NCBI GenBank assembly: GCA_040220235.1
Contig: JAVJTO010000029.1
Direction: 5' to 3' (one strand)
DNA: 60,075 nt
Origin: Coleofasciculus sp. B1-GNL1-01
Lineage (GTDB): Bacteria; Cyanobacteriota; Cyanobacteriia; Cyanobacteriales; Coleofasciculaceae
Shown: positions 41,301 to 54,182 of the stretch, piece after piece
Position numbering within the stretch: the stretch's first letter is position 1
Layout: each line of letters begins with the position of its first letter
Made by a program: the position numbers and the translations under genes
Notes under the pieces: generated by a model
The model's input: the letters and a program-made list of their open reading frames with translations, nothing else
Databases searched by the model: none
Told to the model about the DNA's origin: nothing

Positions 41301-42608
41301 CTCCACGATGCCTTCCACGATGTATTGACCGGATTACCGAATCGGGCATTATTCATGGATCGGTTGGAGTATGCGTTGCGACGGGCAGGGCAACGTTGGG
41401 ACTATTTATGTGCGGTGATTGTCTTGGATTTAGACCGTTTCAAGGTCATCAATGATAGTTTAGGGCATCTGGTTGGTGATCGACTGCTGAGTGCGATCGC
41501 AGAGCGATTACAAGGGTGCTTACGCCCCAGCGATACCTTAGCCCGGTTAGGGGGGGACGAATTTACGATTCTACTGGATGATATCCCCAATACGGGAGCA
41601 GCCACAGATATCGCCAAATCGATTCACCAAACATTGGAATCCTCATTTAACTTAGATGGGTATGAGGTGTTTGCCACAGCCAGTATCGGGATTGCCCTGA
41701 GTGGTATGGGGTATAACCGAGCGGAAGATTTGCTCCGAGATGCCGATACCGCCATGCATCGGGCAAAACTTCAAGGAACCGCTTGTTATGTCATGTTTGA
41801 CACCGCCATGTCCGGTCGCGCCCTTGCCCAGTTACGCTTGGAAACTGAACTGCGATGGGCAATTGAACGCCAAGAACTGGAGGTGTATTACCAACCGATT
41901 ATTTCCCTGGGGACAGGTAAAATTACCGGGTTTGAGGCGCTGGTGCGTTGGCAGCATCCAGAACAGGGAATGATTTCACCGGGCGCGTTTATTCCCTTAG
42001 CTGAGGAAACGGGTTTAATTATTCCCATTGGTCAGTGGGTATTGCGAACATCCTGCTATCAGCTACGCCAATGGCAACGACAATTTCGCCACTATCCTCC
42101 GTTAACCATGAGTGTTAATTTGTCGGGGAAACAGTTTTCCCAAACGAATTTAATTGAGCAAATTGCCCAAATTATTCAAGAGACAGAGGTCAATCCCAGC
42201 ACTCTCAAGTTAGAAATTACGGAAAGTGGCATTATGGAACATTCCGATTCGGCGGCGGCTTTATTGGAGCGACTTAAGGCATTGAATATTCAGTTGTACA
42301 TTGATGATTTTGGCACCGGCTATTCCTCGTTAAGTCGCTTACATCAGTTTCCCATTGATGCCTTAAAAATTGACCGTTCCTTTGTCAGTCGCATGGGGGA
42401 TGCGGGAGAAAATGGGGAGATTGTGCAAGCGATTGTGACGTTAGCTCACAATTTAGGCATGGATGTTGTGGCAGAAGGGATAGAAACGACTATGCAGTTA
42501 GCCCAACTGAGAGGGCGGCAATGTGAATATGGTCAGGGATACTTTTTCTCTAAGCCATTGAATCGACAAGCCGCAGAACAGTTAATGATTAATTTACCCC
42601 AGTGGTAA
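38388..42608 (+). CDS. Membrane-bound multi-PAS/GAF/LOV diguanylate cyclase-phosphodiesterase
   Basis: N-terminal TMs, several PAS domains, GAF, GHNCRFWQ LOV-like motif, intact GGDEF, FEAL and DDFGTGYSS. Confidence 0.93.
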   Translation: MREIVIGSLRVSLMMPILGYLWWIGSKSQIERKPGWFYMLAGYGLICLDGFMDLVNRTFGLTTLNLNLIDTPIPMTLVYLLGFALLLIGLWQWLPFVAKVKKLDILSPSYSNSEEYYTCKLYAKGSAIAQSDELKQEIANCLHTNAELQQQEEQFRAITQAFPVPVAIARVSDGTIVYGNSHANILFGVATSELIGGSMPDFYENPADWQRLLATLDQNGIVQNEELCVHTINGTPLWVTVSMQVLTFNQEKAILSVFHDISDTYQQLTQYQQTEAVLKDSEACYRTLVEQSPNAIALEHQGTLVYINPKGVKLLGAISQSQLIGKPWSDFNSQDQENQRNRQDHRVVGSEHTEKFSDHKRRSNPPHTLTLPTKFIPEQLVQLDGQIIDVEIARLPAIYQGQEATQLVIREVTHPEQPDRELRVRARQQATIAKLSQRALSGLDLNTLMNEAVSTIAQTLEVEYCKVLELLPNGNVFLLKAGVGWSPGLVGYALVGANRNSQAGYNLISQEPVVVEDLPIDTRFSGPPLLYNHRVVSGVSVVIPGQEQPFGVLGAHTTSQRRFSEDDIHFLQAVANVLALAIGHKQSEANLYLMQRAIAASNNGVIITDPNQPDNPVIYVNPAFESMTGYTAQEVIGHNCRFWQEPDYNQAGVSKLATAIQEQRECHVILQNYRKDGSLFWNELYVSPVFDGDGYLTHFVGIQTDITKRKQAEEALRQSEEKLESILRSLDDVVWSASLETQQFIYLNPATERVYGRPISDFVDCPSLWELVVHPDDRQRVEIASQTMMHQGSKDIEYRVVRPDGEVRWLRDRARLIYDHRGTAIRMDGIATDTTKRKQAEAALLKSEEQFRLTFELAPIGMAMTSLEGQFLKVNQALCDALGYTAQELLALTFTEISHPTERALHFTQHQSLLQGELSHLQTERRFISKSGRIVNAILKVVLVRDAQGQPLHYISQVVDISDRKRMEEQLLHDAFHDVLTGLPNRALFMDRLEYALRRAGQRWDYLCAVIVLDLDRFKVINDSLGHLVGDRLLSAIAERLQGCLRPSDTLARLGGDEFTILLDDIPNTGAATDIAKSIHQTLESSFNLDGYEVFATASIGIALSGMGYNRAEDLLRDADTAMHRAKLQGTACYVMFDTAMSGRALAQLRLETELRWAIERQELEVYYQPIISLGTGKITGFEALVRWQHPEQGMISPGAFIPLAEETGLIIPIGQWVLRTSCYQLRQWQRQFRHYPPLTMSVNLSGKQFSQTNLIEQIAQIIQETEVNPSTLKLEITESGIMEHSDSAAALLERLKALNIQLYIDDFGTGYSSLSRLHQFPIDALKIDRSFVSRMGDAGENGEIVQAIVTLAHNLGMDVVAEGIETTMQLAQLRGRQCEYGQGYFFSKPLNRQAAEQLMINLPQW

Positions 42609-42752
42609 AGGATCAACAGAGGGGGATGGCTATTGATTCCATTCCCCGATCTCCTCAAAGGATGTATCGCATTTTCGGTTCATTGGACTGTGGACAAAAA
42701 CAATAAATTTGCGTAATTTATTAGCAAATGCATTTGGGGTATAAAAATTAGA

Positions 42753-43136
42753 TGTAGGGGCGGGTTTAGGAACAATTGTAGGGGCGAGTTTAGGAACAAT
42801 TGTAGGGGCGGGTTTAGGAACAATTGTAGGGGCGGGTTTAGGAACAATTGTAGGGGCGGGTTTAGGGAATCAATTCAGCTAGTCACTACTAACGGAACAA
42901 CAAAACCCGCCCTCCCCACCGATCAATGAACAACAAAACCTGTCCATTCCCCCACCGAACGGCAATCGATTAATCCCAAACTGGACAACAAAACCCACCT
43001 TATTCTCAACCGCGATCGCACCAAAAAAATGTCGAAATTGGGACTTTAGGGAATTAGTGAAAGATTGGGGCAGGGCGGGTTTTGTATAAAGGTGATTGGT
43101 GGCTCCATTAATTTTGTTCCTAAACCCGCCCCTACA
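42753..43136. repeat. REP cluster: five tandem 24-bp TGTAGGGGCGGGTTTAGGAACAAT units (the fifth diverges at its end) plus inverted partners
   Basis: Units start at 42753, 42777, 42801, 42825 and 42849; inverted copy at 43114-43136; ACAACAAAACC repeats lie between. Confidence 0.9.
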
Positions 43137-43163
43137 TTGGGTTTTAGTTTTTGGGTATCTTTT

Positions 43164-43214
43164 ACAGCTACGCCCTCTGGAAACTGGAATAACCCGACTA
43201 ATTGTTCGGATTAA
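43164..43214 (+). pseudogene. 3' end relic of a lost filamentous-haemagglutinin-like paralog
   Basis: Encodes [16 protein letters not shown], matching the ends of both downstream genes. Confidence 0.85.
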
Positions 43215-43277
43215 AGGCAGAGTTCTGAATTATTGCCGATAGATTTAACCCGGACTATAGTAGGAGGAGAACCTAGT

Positions 43278-43405
43278 TAAGCTGTTCGGCATTTAAACCA
43301 TAATGTTAAGAATTGCGAAATCCTTGTAGTGCGTTTAGCGAAGCCATGCCGCAGGCTTTGCATCTTGCTCGCTACCCATTCCCAATTTAAATGCGTGACA
43401 GCTTA
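43278..43405. mobile_element. TAAGCTGT-family MITE (complete, long form)
   Basis: Both TIRs present; carries the insert TTTAGCGAAGCCATGCCGCAGGCTTT. Confidence 0.9.
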
Positions 43406-43425
43406 CCCCCCATATTTCATCAGCT

Positions 43426-46400
43426 ATGGCACAGGCGAGATTTCGAGTTTCAATGATGAGCAGTCTGGCTTTGGCTTTTTTGGCGCATTTGAGTCCGGCT
43501 TCAGCCCAAGTCGTCCCCGATAATACTCTGCCAGTCAATTCTCAGGTGACGGGGTGTCCAGTTTGCCAGATTGATGGGGGAACAGTACGGGGGATGAACC
43601 TGTTCCATAGTTTTGAAGAATTTTCTGTACAGACGGGGGGTGAAGCATTTTTTAACAATGCCTTGGATATTGAAAATATCTTTTGGCGGGTAACGGGTGC
43701 TAAGATTTCCGATATTAATGGGTGGATTCGGGCGAATGGAACGGCAAATCTATTTTTAATTAATCCGAATGGGATTATTTTTGGACAAAATGCCCAGTTA
43801 GATATTGGTGGTTCCTTTGTCGGATCTACAGCGAATAGCTTTACGTTTCCTGATGGCAGTGAGTTTAGTGCCACCAATCCCCAAGCACCGCCTTTGTTGA
43901 CCATTACTATCACACCAGGATTACAGTGGGGAACTCTACCCATTGGAGATATTACTAATCGGGGAAATTTAGCGGTAGAGTCTGGACAAACTCTCGCTTT
44001 ATCTGGAAATCAAGTGACGAGTACAGGTTCTCTAACCGCGCCAGGGGGAACTATTGCCTTGACCTCCAGAGGCGACATGATTACAGGGGCTGTGCGTTCC
44101 TTTTCTTATGATGGCAATGGGGGAATCATTACCCTGAGTGCAAGTGGCAATATCACTACAGAGTCTTTACTCTCTTTATCTAGTCGTGGCAATGGGGGAG
44201 ACATCGCCATCACCGCAGGCGGTCATATTTTCTTCACTGTTATAGATTCCTCCTCTAGTAGTGGTAATGGGGGAAATATTACCATCACCGCAGACGGTAA
44301 TATTGTTTCCAAAACCAGCGTAGACTCTAGGTTTACAGAACGAATAGATTCTTTCTCGAGTAGTGGTAATGGGGGAGATATCGCTATCACAGCAGGCGGT
44401 AATATCGTCTCAAGAGATATTAAGTCCTCCGCTTTTTTGGGTAATGGGGGAGATATTGCTATCACCGCAGGTGGTAATATCTCCACAGCATCGGTTAACG
44501 CATCGGGTTCTGGTAATGGAGGAGATATTGCCTTTCATGCAGGTGGTAATATCTCCACAGAATCAGTTAACGCATCGGGTGCTGATTATGGAGGCGCGAT
44601 CGCGTTTAGTGCAGGGGACAATATCTCCACAACCGTTCTCGACTCCTCTTCTTTTTCTGGAAATGGTGGAGATATCGCCTTGAGTGCAGGGGACAAGATC
44701 TCTACAGCCCCTATAGACTCCTCCTCCTTTTTTGGCAATGGGGGGGCAATTCGCCTCACCGCAGGGGATGACATCTCTACAGAGAGTCTCAGATCTTCTC
44801 CGAATAGTGTAATCTTTGGTAACTTTACTACAGGTAATGGAGGCGCGATCGCTCTCACGACAACTAACGGTAAAATTACGATCAATCCTACACCTGAAAG
44901 TGACTCCCCGCGTATTGACGCTTCTGGTTCTAGGGGAGGTAATATTACCCTAACCAGTCCGGCTGCTACATTTGAGTTGGAAAATGGCTTGATTATCAGT
45001 AATGCTTTCAAGGGTAGTGGTGGTAATCTCCAAATTAATGCAGCATCGGTTGTTTTAACGAATACTGAACTCGCAACCACGGCGGTAGGTACAGGAAAGG
45101 CTGGAAATATTTCTATTCTCAGTGATGGCTTAGTTTCACTCGACAACAGCCGCCTTTTTACCTCGTTAGAAGCCGGAGGAATTGGCAAGGGGGGTGATAT
45201 TACAATTGATGCTCAAGCCATTTCTTTAACTAACGCTTCTTTTATCGATACTGCTACTTTTGGTCAGGGAAATGCAGGAAATGTTTTACTTCAGGCAGAT
45301 GACTCTATTTTTATCGATAATAATAGCGCTATTTTCAGCATCACGGCAGGTCAAGGTGATGGGGGAAATGTCACGGTAAAGGCTGGGGAGGCTGTTTCAC
45401 TTACTAATGCTAGTAACATCAGCACGGCAGTCAATTCAACAGCAGTAGGGGATGGAGGCGATATCACCATTGAAGCGCAAAACTTATCCTTAACCGGGGG
45501 ATCTCAACTGGTGACGACGACATCCGGCAATGGCAAGGCGGGTGATATTACTGTCAATACGATAGAAGGGGTTTTTATCGCTGGGATTGACTCTAATTTT
45601 ACCCCGATTCCATCTAGGAATATCCCCATCACTAATCCTTTTGCGCTGAATGAATTAGAGCCAAACGACTCAATTAATCAAGCCCAGAAACTCGATCAGT
45701 TTTTTCTCGATAATCCAGATCATGCCAATCTCAATGTCGAATTTTCCACAAGAATTCCTTATGTGTCTATTGCCGGAATAGGCAACACACGCATTGATGA
45801 AGATTATTATTCCTTTGAAATAACAACAGCCGGAACTCGCGGTATTTTTGATATTGATCGCACTCCGCAATTATTTGGAGCGATGCGACTACACCTTTTC
45901 GATAGTGTTGGCAATAGAATTGCATCTAACACGGTTGCGTCTCCATCTCTAGGTGCAGGGGGAAGCACTCGAAATGATCCCTATCTCCGATATGTTTTTA
46001 GTGAACCTGGCATCTACTTTATTCAGGCTTGGTCAGGATCATCATTGATTGGACGCGAGTATACTCTCCAAGTTTCACTTGATACACCAAATGTAGCCCG
46101 TAGTGTTAACAATGGAGTGCTGGCGAGTGGATTATTTGCTCAGTCGGACAGTATTAGTGAGGCTGGCAATATAACAATTAATACGTCTAAGTTAACTGTC
46201 CAAGATCAATCTCAGGTATCTGCTTTAACCTCTGGTAGGGGTCAAGGTGGACTTGTGCAAATTCAGGCGGCTGACTCTGTATTCCTGAATAATCAGGGGA
46301 GAGTGTTGACTGAATCAACGGGAACGGGGGCGTCGGGAAACTTAACGATTAATACCAGACAATTGACGCTTGAGAATGGTTCACAACTATCCGCCGCTAC

Positions 46401-47442
46401 CCGCTCAAGTCAAGGCGGAGATATTCGGTTACAAGGATTAAATGTAGAGGTCAGTAATAATAGTTCTATCGCCGCCTCTACTCAAACAGGTACAGCCGGA
46501 AATCTAACTATAAATGCTGCTGAATCTGTGGACTTGAATGGACAAGGAACTCTATCGGTGGAAGCAACAAAGGGAGGTACAGCCGGGAACTTAAGCGTTG
46601 ACGCCAGACAAGTATTGGTTCGAGATGGAGGACGAATTACTGTCAGCAGTGCTTCGGGACAAGCCGGAAATCTCACGATTCAGGCGGATTCTGTACTGTT
46701 AAACCAAGGTCAATTGACGGCGGAAACAGGAATCAGTAAGCTTGGAGACGGAGCGAATATTAACCTACAGGATTTAGACGTTCTGTGGATGACCAACGAA
46801 AGCCTCATCTCTGCTCAAGCTTTTGGGAATGCGAATGGCGGTAATATTACTATTGACACCATATTTCTATTAACATTACCCCCAGACGGCGCGAATGGTA
46901 GCGATATTATTGCCAAAGCTGATCAGGGCGACGGCGGTAATATTACTATCTCAGGTCAAGGAATTTTCGGCATTCAAGAACGTCCAGCAATTGCCGGAAA
47001 TCGCACTAATGATATTGATGCCAGTTCTCAATTTGGTTCTCCGGGTAATGTCACACTCAATATACCTCTTGACCCTAGTCGGGGACTGACGGAATTACCC
47101 AGCAATTTTGTTGACCCGACGGGGCAAATTATCCAAGGCTGTCCCGCTGTGGGTAAGAATGGCGGTAGTCGATTTGTAGTTACTGGGCGAGGTGGTGTGC
47201 CACCCACTCCGGATGATGTGCTTACTTTGGATACTGTTTTAGATGATTTAGGGACTCTGGTAGAGGATAAAAAGATGCAGGTACAGGGGGAAACGGAGAG
47301 GGTACTCAATCAAATTCCCCATCGAATTATCGAGGCTCAAGGTTGGGTGAAAACGGCAGATGGACAGGTTATGCTAGTTGCCGAATCTCCTACGGCTACG
47401 CCCTCCGGGAACTGGAATAATCCCGCTAATTGTTCGGATTAA
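43426..47442 (+). CDS. Filamentous haemagglutinin-like (TPS N-terminal domain) exoprotein 1 with inserted PPC-like domain
   Basis: Signal peptide, NLFHSF, NPNGI.FG, GNGG.I repeats, ELEPNDS...DEDYYSF insert, F.VTGRGG and IIEAQGW at C-terminus. Confidence 0.92.
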   Translation: MAQARFRVSMMSSLALAFLAHLSPASAQVVPDNTLPVNSQVTGCPVCQIDGGTVRGMNLFHSFEEFSVQTGGEAFFNNALDIENIFWRVTGAKISDINGWIRANGTANLFLINPNGIIFGQNAQLDIGGSFVGSTANSFTFPDGSEFSATNPQAPPLLTITITPGLQWGTLPIGDITNRGNLAVESGQTLALSGNQVTSTGSLTAPGGTIALTSRGDMITGAVRSFSYDGNGGIITLSASGNITTESLLSLSSRGNGGDIAITAGGHIFFTVIDSSSSSGNGGNITITADGNIVSKTSVDSRFTERIDSFSSSGNGGDIAITAGGNIVSRDIKSSAFLGNGGDIAITAGGNISTASVNASGSGNGGDIAFHAGGNISTESVNASGADYGGAIAFSAGDNISTTVLDSSSFSGNGGDIALSAGDKISTAPIDSSSFFGNGGAIRLTAGDDISTESLRSSPNSVIFGNFTTGNGGAIALTTTNGKITINPTPESDSPRIDASGSRGGNITLTSPAATFELENGLIISNAFKGSGGNLQINAASVVLTNTELATTAVGTGKAGNISILSDGLVSLDNSRLFTSLEAGGIGKGGDITIDAQAISLTNASFIDTATFGQGNAGNVLLQADDSIFIDNNSAIFSITAGQGDGGNVTVKAGEAVSLTNASNISTAVNSTAVGDGGDITIEAQNLSLTGGSQLVTTTSGNGKAGDITVNTIEGVFIAGIDSNFTPIPSRNIPITNPFALNELEPNDSINQAQKLDQFFLDNPDHANLNVEFSTRIPYVSIAGIGNTRIDEDYYSFEITTAGTRGIFDIDRTPQLFGAMRLHLFDSVGNRIASNTVASPSLGAGGSTRNDPYLRYVFSEPGIYFIQAWSGSSLIGREYTLQVSLDTPNVARSVNNGVLASGLFAQSDSISEAGNITINTSKLTVQDQSQVSALTSGRGQGGLVQIQAADSVFLNNQGRVLTESTGTGASGNLTINTRQLTLENGSQLSAATRSSQGGDIRLQGLNVEVSNNSSIAASTQTGTAGNLTINAAESVDLNGQGTLSVEATKGGTAGNLSVDARQVLVRDGGRITVSSASGQAGNLTIQADSVLLNQGQLTAETGISKLGDGANINLQDLDVLWMTNESLISAQAFGNANGGNITIDTIFLLTLPPDGANGSDIIAKADQGDGGNITISGQGIFGIQERPAIAGNRTNDIDASSQFGSPGNVTLNIPLDPSRGLTELPSNFVDPTGQIIQGCPAVGKNGGSRFVVTGRGGVPPTPDDVLTLDTVLDDLGTLVEDKKMQVQGETERVLNQIPHRIIEAQGWVKTADGQVMLVAESPTATPSGNWNNPANCSD

Positions 47443-47518
47443 AGGCAGGGAGGTAAATTTATCGCCTACAGATTCAACTTGGATTATAGTAATAGTTATC
47501 CACTATCTTTGAACAGCT

Positions 47519-50500
47519 ATGGCACAGGTGAGGTGGCGGGTTTCAATTATTAGTAGTCTGGCTTTCGGCGTTTGGGCAAGTTTTAGTCCGGCTTCGGCTC
47601 AAATTGTGCCTGATAATACACTTCCGGTCAATTCTCAGGTGACGGGGTGTCCAGTTTGCCAGATTGATGGGGGAACAGTACGGGGGATGAACCTGTTCCA
47701 TAGTTTTGAAGAATTTTCTGTGCCGACGGGGGGTGAGGCATTTTTCAATAATGCCTTGGATATTGAGACTATCTTTGGTCGGGTGACGGGTTCTAGTATT
47801 TCAGATATTGATGGCTTGATTCGGGCAAATGGCACGGCGAATCTGTTTTTAATCAATCCCAATGGGATGATTTTTGGTGAGAATGCCTGGTTGGATATTG
47901 GTGGTTCCTTTTTTGCCTCTACAGCCAATCGTTTTACCTTTGCCGATGGCAGTGAGTTTAGCGCCACGAATCCCCAAGCGCCGCCATTGTTGACGATTAA
48001 CATCACACCCGGATTGCAGTATGGGACGAATTCGCCGATAGGAAATATCTCTAATCAGGGAAATTTAGCGGTCAATTCAGGAGAGTCTGTAACTTTATTC
48101 GGCAGCACTGTTACCAGTACGGGTTCTCTCATCGCACCAGGGGGGTTAGTTCAGGTGTTAGGAGAACGGGTGGGGCTGTTAGATAATGCTGAGATTGATG
48201 TGTCTGCCGAAACGGGTGGTGGAACCGTATTGATTGGCGGAGGGTTTCAGGGTAAGGGTGATGTTGCCAATGCGTTGCGTACTTTCATTGGTTCAGATGT
48301 CACGATTAATGCGGATGCTTTGACAATGGGCGATGGGGGCAATGTCTTCGTTTGGGCAGATGAAGTGACAGGGTTTTATGGCACGATTAGCGCCCGTGGG
48401 GGAGTTGATGGGGGACATGGTGGATTTGTCGAGGTGTCGGGAAAGGAACAGTTGATAGTTCGGGGGACGGTGGATACAACGGCAGTGAATGGGGTATCGG
48501 GGACATTGCTGCTTGACCCGACAAATATTGTCATTGCCAATGGTTCAGCGGATAGTGCGGCGGATGGTACGGATACGTTTGCTGGGAATAATTCCGGGGT
48601 GACGGGGGCGATTTTGAGTGCGCCATTGAGTGAGATTAATGATGCGGCACCGACGACAATTTATGAGTCGGAGTTGGAGGGGTTATCGGGGGATACGACT
48701 GTTATTTTACAGGCAACGAATGATATTCGGATTGAGGATTTAACGGATGATGCTTTAGTCTTTGCCTCTGGAAGTGGGGGGATTGCGTTAACTGCCGATG
48801 CAGATAGTGACGGGGTGGGTTCGGTGGTGATGGAGGATACTCTCAAAGATACCCTCTATACGAATGGACGGGATATTGGGATTGCCGGGGCGAATTTGAC
48901 CTTGGGGCATATTGATACCGTAGGTGCGGTTGAGGGGGGTGACTTGATCGCAATAGTAGATGTAGAGGCAGGTGGACCAATTCCGGACAATGGAACAACC
49001 ACTATCTTCACCTTCACTGTGCCTGATTCGGTGTCAACTGTCGAGAATCTGGATGTGCGGTTTTCGGCACAACATACTAGCCATAGCAATCTTGATGTTT
49101 CTCTTAGCTCACCAGGTGGGACAGAGTTAGAGTTGTTCAGTGGTGTGGAATCCTTTGATTTTTCCGATGATAATTTCCAGGACACCCTACTCGATGATGA
49201 AGCGACGACGAGTATTAATCCGGCTAGTGCTGTATCGAATATTAGTATATATTTGGGTTCTTCTAATGGAACATTTCAACCTGAAGGTGTTGGAGGATTG
49301 GCGGTTTTTCAGGGTGAGAATCCCACAGGAACTTGGACTTTGAGTGTAACTGATAATTATAGTGGGGATTCTGGCACGTTATTCCGGGCTGGTGATACTG
49401 CACCTTGGGGAGAAGCGATTGGGACACAACTGATATTTAAAACTCCGATTACTGGAAAGAGTGGCTCAATCAATCTCAATGCCACCAACGGTAGCATCAG
49501 TGTGGAAAATTTGGAGACGAACCATCCTGTTAATGCTGGCACGATTAGTCTTGATGCTAGTGGCAGTATCACTGTAGAAACCATCGATTCTTCCTCTTCG
49601 GTTAAGGGAGGGGCAATTACTCTGAGAGCCAGTGGCGATATTATGACCAACGGTTCTTTGAATTCGGACTCGAACTCTGGGGATGGGGGAGCGATTTCTC
49701 TTTCCTCTGTTTCCGGTGATATCACGACCAACGGTTCTTTGAATTCGTACTCGGACTCTGGTTTTAGTTCGTACTGGGACTTTGGGGATGGGGGGACGAT
49801 TTCTTTGTCCTCCGTTTCCGGTGATATCACGACCAACGGTTCTTTGAGTTCGTACTCGGACTTGGGGGATGGGGGGACGATTTCTTTGTCCTCCGTTTCC
49901 GGTGACATCACGACCAAGGATTCTTTGAACTCGTACTCGTTGGACTCTTACGGTGGGGACTCTGGGGATGGGGGGGCGATTCTTCTCTCTTCTGACTCCG
50001 GTGATATTACGACCAACAGTTCTTTGGATTCCTCGTCGTTCTCATGGAGATTTGCCAGGAATGGGGGGGCGATTTCTTTGTCTTCTGTTTCCGGTGATAT
50101 CACGACCAACGGTCAGTTGATATCGGAGTCAAACTCGCAGAATCAGGTTGCGGAGAATGGAGGGGCGATTTCTCTGTCCTCTGTTTCCGGTAATATCACG
50201 ACCAATCAACGGTTGGACTCCGGATCGTCTGGCGTTGCTGGGAATGGGGGGGCGATTATTCTCTCTTCTGACTCCGGTGATATTACGACCAACGATTCTT
50301 TGAACTCCGGATCATTCTCGTATGGATTTACTGAGAATGGGGGGGCGATTTCTTTGTCTTCTGTTTCCGGTAATATCACGACCAACGGTGTGTTAGACTC
50401 GTCCTCGCTCGCTGTCGGTGGGGATGCTGGGAATGGGGGGGCAATTATTCTCTCTTCTGACTCCGGTGATATCACGACCAACCAAGAGTTGGACTCCAGC

Positions 50501-53500
50501 TCACTCTCGATCTTTGCAAATGCCAGGAATGGGGGAGAAATTTCTCTGATGGCTAAAGGTGGCGATATTATCGGAACCTCTGGAGACTCACTCCTGTCTT
50601 CCTTCGCCCTCTCTCAGGAAGGCACAGCAGGAAGGGGTGGAAATGTTACGATAGCCGCTCAAAACAACATAACCAACCTGGAAATCTTAACGCTATCCTC
50701 TTCTGCTGAAGCTGGAGATGTTGTGTTCAATGGGTTTGGAGATTTATCCATTGCCAATACCCGTATCCTGACGAGCAGACGTGTGGAAGTGCAAATACCA
50801 TTTTTGGGAACCATAACCTTGGAGGTTGGTGGTCAAGGACAATCGGGCGATGTCACTGTCACCAGTTCAGGTAATCTCACCGTCAACGATAGTTCCATTG
50901 AAAGTGACACCAATGGTCGTGATCAAGCAGGGAATGTCACGTTAAGCAGCCCCAGTTTAGTCACGTTCAATAACAGTCAAATTATTAGTAATACCAGTAA
51001 CATTGGAAATGCCGGAACTATCGATATCAATGCTGGAGAAGGCATAGCGTTCCAAGGTGTATATTCCGACGCAGGCGAACCTCAACGTGGCGGACTATTT
51101 GCTGGCACCACCAATGAAGGCAATGCTGGACGGATTACCCTCACCACCCCAGCGTTAACCCTACAAAATGGAGCCAATATCATCACCACAACAGACGATC
51201 TCGGCAATGCCGGAGACATTACCCTTCAATCTCACCCCAATGGAGAAAACCTAAACATTAATCTGGAACAGGATACGTCTATTTCTGCCTCTACCTCTAA
51301 TCAGGGAACCGGAGGCAATTTAACAATTATCGCTCCCGACTCGGTAACGATTCAGGGAGAAGGACGAATTACCACAGAAACCTCAGGCGCAGGTGATGCG
51401 GGTAACATTCAAATGACCAGCACAAATTTAGATATCCAAGAAACTGAACTGTCCACCTCAACCACAGCAGAGGGAAACGCCGGAAGCATTACCCTCGATA
51501 CCTCCACCTTAACCGTTGCCAGGGGAGCCAAAGTATTTGCCTTCACCGACGGGAGTGGCGATAGCGGTGCAATTACTATTAATGCTCCCACGGCGGTGAA
51601 TCTGGGTATTGGTGTGGATGATTTTTCCCCGATTTTGTCTGTCGAAACCCGTGACGCAGGTCAAGCTGGCAGCATTATTATCAATACTCCAACTTTAACC
51701 CTCTCTGATACTGCCCGTATCACTGCCACGGCTACTGAAACTGCCACCAATACAGAGGGAGGGGGTAGTATCAGGTTAAATGCCTCCACGATGAATTTAG
51801 CCGGAATTGTGGGTGTCTTTGCTGAAACTGAGGGACCAACTCCCGCTGGAACCTTAACCCTGAAACCCTATCAGGATCAATCAACCCTAGATATTACCCT
51901 AGCGCCTGATTCCCAAGTGTCGGCTTCTACCTCTGGAAGTGGCAAAGGGGGCGATTTAATCCTCAGTGCGCCCCAAGCGATTACTATTACGGGACAGGGA
52001 CGGTTAGCGGTAGAAAGCCGGAGTACAGGGGATGCGGGGAATGTAGAGGTGACGACTCCCCAACTTACCCTCACTGATGGCGTGGAACTGTCGGCGGCGG
52101 CGACAAGCAGTGGCGATGCGGGAGAAGTTCGTCTTAATACGCAGCAGTTGACTCTGGAGAATGAGGCACAGATATTAGCATCTAATGTCTTTAGTCGCAG
52201 TCAGGGGATTATCCTAGAAGGGTTGGATACTTTGACAATTAGCAACAATAGTGCTATATCCGCCTCGACTCAAACGGGTGAAGCGGGAAGTTTAACCATT
52301 AATACTAACTCCAATCCGGCTAATTTAGTGCAAGTGAGTGATAATAGTCGCCTCTCCGTCGCCGCGACTACAGAAGGTGGGAAAGCAGGCGGTGTAACCC
52401 TAAATACTCAACAGTTAACCCTAACAGAGAACTCGCAAGTTTCCGCCTCTAACATCTCTGGTGAAAGCCAAGATATTATTCTTTCTAGCTTAGAGAACGT
52501 ACAGCTAACTGACGAGAGTGAACTCTCAGCATCAACCCAAACCGGAACAGCCGGAAGTGTCAGGATTAATTCAGCAGAAAATCCGGTTGAGTCGGTATCT
52601 TTAAATAATAGTCGCCTATCGGTGGAAGCCACAGAAGCAGGCGGGAAAGCAGGCGGTGTAACCCTAAATACTCAACAGTTAACCCTAACAGAGAACTCGC
52701 AAGTTTCCGCCTCCAACATCTCTGGTGAAAGCCAAGATATTATTCTTTCTGGCTTAGAGAACGTAGAGCTAACGGACAATAGTGAACTCTCCGCATCCAC
52801 CCAAACCGGAACAGCCGGAAGTGTCAGGATTAATTCAGCCGAAAATCCGGTTGAGTCGGTATCTTTAAGTAATAGTCGCCTATCGGTGGAAGCCACAGAA
52901 GCAGGTGGGAAAGCAGGCGGTGTCACCCTAAATACTCAACAGTTAACCCTAACGGAAAATTCGCAAGTTTCCGCCTCCAATATCTCTGGTGAAAGTGAAG
53001 ATATTACCCTACAAGGTTTAGACACCTTAGATGTCAACAATAGTCTGATTGCGGCATCGACTCAAACGGGGAAAGCTGGCAGCTTAACCATCAATGCCAC
53101 CGAATCTGTAGACTTAAATGGAGACGGAGGTTTATCGGTAGAAGCCACTCAAGGCGGTACAGCAGGAAACTTAACCATTAAAACAGGACGACTGTCTGTT
53201 CAGGATCAAGCCGCCGTAACCGTTAGTAGTCCCTCTGGACAAGCCGGAAATCTGCTAATTACTACCAATTTTTTACGCCTCAACCAAGGCAAGCTGACAG
53301 CAGAAACTGGAGGCACTAACGCCCAGGAAGGGGCAAATATCAACCTAAATCTATCGGATGTGTTGCTGATGAGCAACGAAAGCCTAATTTCTGCCGAAGC
53401 CTTTAGTAATGCTGATGGCGGTAATATCAATATTGATACTCGCTACTTAATTGTCCTACCCCCAGACGGCGCGAATGGTAGCGATATTATTGCCAAAGCT

Positions 53501-54025
53501 GATCAGGGTGACGGCGGTAATATTACTATCTCAGGTCAAGGGATTTTCGGGATTCAAGAACGTCCAGCGATTGAGGGAAATCGCAGCAATGATCTTGATG
53601 CTAGTTCCCAATTTGGTTCTCCGGGTAATGTTACCCTCAATAGTCCCCTTGATCCTAGTCGGGGATTGACGGAATTACCCAGCAATTTTGTTGATCCGAC
53701 GGGACAAATTATCCAAGGCTGTCCCGCAATGGGTAAGAATGGTGGTAGTCGATTTGTGGTGACAGGGCGAGGCGGTGTGCCACCCACTCCGGATGATGTG
53801 CTTACTTTGGATACTGTTTTAGATGATTTAGGAACTCTGTCAGAGGAGACACAGATGCAGGTACAGGGGGAAACGGAGAGGGGACAAAATGATTCCCCCA
53901 ATCGAATTATTGAGGCTCAAGGTTGGGTGAAAACGGCGGATGGACAGATTATTTTAGTGGCTGAATTTCCTACAGCTACACCTTCTGGAAACTGGAATAA
54001 CCCGGCGAATTGTTCAGATTACTAG
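47519..54025 (+). CDS. Filamentous haemagglutinin-like exoprotein 2 with inserted proprotein-convertase P-like domain
   Basis: Same TPS N-terminus and C-terminus as exoprotein 1; GTLLLDP; H....LDV.L.SP.GT...GTWTL.VTD insert; internal repeats. Confidence 0.92.
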   Translation: MAQVRWRVSIISSLAFGVWASFSPASAQIVPDNTLPVNSQVTGCPVCQIDGGTVRGMNLFHSFEEFSVPTGGEAFFNNALDIETIFGRVTGSSISDIDGLIRANGTANLFLINPNGMIFGENAWLDIGGSFFASTANRFTFADGSEFSATNPQAPPLLTINITPGLQYGTNSPIGNISNQGNLAVNSGESVTLFGSTVTSTGSLIAPGGLVQVLGERVGLLDNAEIDVSAETGGGTVLIGGGFQGKGDVANALRTFIGSDVTINADALTMGDGGNVFVWADEVTGFYGTISARGGVDGGHGGFVEVSGKEQLIVRGTVDTTAVNGVSGTLLLDPTNIVIANGSADSAADGTDTFAGNNSGVTGAILSAPLSEINDAAPTTIYESELEGLSGDTTVILQATNDIRIEDLTDDALVFASGSGGIALTADADSDGVGSVVMEDTLKDTLYTNGRDIGIAGANLTLGHIDTVGAVEGGDLIAIVDVEAGGPIPDNGTTTIFTFTVPDSVSTVENLDVRFSAQHTSHSNLDVSLSSPGGTELELFSGVESFDFSDDNFQDTLLDDEATTSINPASAVSNISIYLGSSNGTFQPEGVGGLAVFQGENPTGTWTLSVTDNYSGDSGTLFRAGDTAPWGEAIGTQLIFKTPITGKSGSINLNATNGSISVENLETNHPVNAGTISLDASGSITVETIDSSSSVKGGAITLRASGDIMTNGSLNSDSNSGDGGAISLSSVSGDITTNGSLNSYSDSGFSSYWDFGDGGTISLSSVSGDITTNGSLSSYSDLGDGGTISLSSVSGDITTKDSLNSYSLDSYGGDSGDGGAILLSSDSGDITTNSSLDSSSFSWRFARNGGAISLSSVSGDITTNGQLISESNSQNQVAENGGAISLSSVSGNITTNQRLDSGSSGVAGNGGAIILSSDSGDITTNDSLNSGSFSYGFTENGGAISLSSVSGNITTNGVLDSSSLAVGGDAGNGGAIILSSDSGDITTNQELDSSSLSIFANARNGGEISLMAKGGDIIGTSGDSLLSSFALSQEGTAGRGGNVTIAAQNNITNLEILTLSSSAEAGDVVFNGFGDLSIANTRILTSRRVEVQIPFLGTITLEVGGQGQSGDVTVTSSGNLTVNDSSIESDTNGRDQAGNVTLSSPSLVTFNNSQIISNTSNIGNAGTIDINAGEGIAFQGVYSDAGEPQRGGLFAGTTNEGNAGRITLTTPALTLQNGANIITTTDDLGNAGDITLQSHPNGENLNINLEQDTSISASTSNQGTGGNLTIIAPDSVTIQGEGRITTETSGAGDAGNIQMTSTNLDIQETELSTSTTAEGNAGSITLDTSTLTVARGAKVFAFTDGSGDSGAITINAPTAVNLGIGVDDFSPILSVETRDAGQAGSIIINTPTLTLSDTARITATATETATNTEGGGSIRLNASTMNLAGIVGVFAETEGPTPAGTLTLKPYQDQSTLDITLAPDSQVSASTSGSGKGGDLILSAPQAITITGQGRLAVESRSTGDAGNVEVTTPQLTLTDGVELSAAATSSGDAGEVRLNTQQLTLENEAQILASNVFSRSQGIILEGLDTLTISNNSAISASTQTGEAGSLTINTNSNPANLVQVSDNSRLSVAATTEGGKAGGVTLNTQQLTLTENSQVSASNISGESQDIILSSLENVQLTDESELSASTQTGTAGSVRINSAENPVESVSLNNSRLSVEATEAGGKAGGVTLNTQQLTLTENSQVSASNISGESQDIILSGLENVELTDNSELSASTQTGTAGSVRINSAENPVESVSLSNSRLSVEATEAGGKAGGVTLNTQQLTLTENSQVSASNISGESEDITLQGLDTLDVNNSLIAASTQTGKAGSLTINATESVDLNGDGGLSVEATQGGTAGNLTIKTGRLSVQDQAAVTVSSPSGQAGNLLITTNFLRLNQGKLTAETGGTNAQEGANINLNLSDVLLMSNESLISAEAFSNADGGNINIDTRYLIVLPPDGANGSDIIAKADQGDGGNITISGQGIFGIQERPAIEGNRSNDLDASSQFGSPGNVTLNSPLDPSRGLTELPSNFVDPTGQIIQGCPAMGKNGGSRFVVTGRGGVPPTPDDVLTLDTVLDDLGTLSEETQMQVQGETERGQNDSPNRIIEAQGWVKTADGQIILVAEFPTATPSGNWNNPANCSDY

Positions 54026-54182
54026 GGATATAGCAGTTCCAAGCTGTACGTGAAAATATTACCCCTCCCAAACCCTCCCCTTGCTAAGGGGAGGGCAGGG
54101 GTGGGGTTCACAAATCAAATGAAAACACTATAGCGCTACGCGCAGCGGGAATGGGGAATGGGCAATAGTGAAGACAAAAGCT

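Noticed and set aside
42753..42868. 24-bp direct repeats as a CRISPR array
   Set aside because: Units are head-to-tail with no spacers, match the GTAG REP family, and no cas genes are present
43329..43538. Small ORFs containing KLGMGSEQDAKPAAWLR or its reverse
   Set aside because: Translations of the MITE; the same peptide appears at 26067-26121
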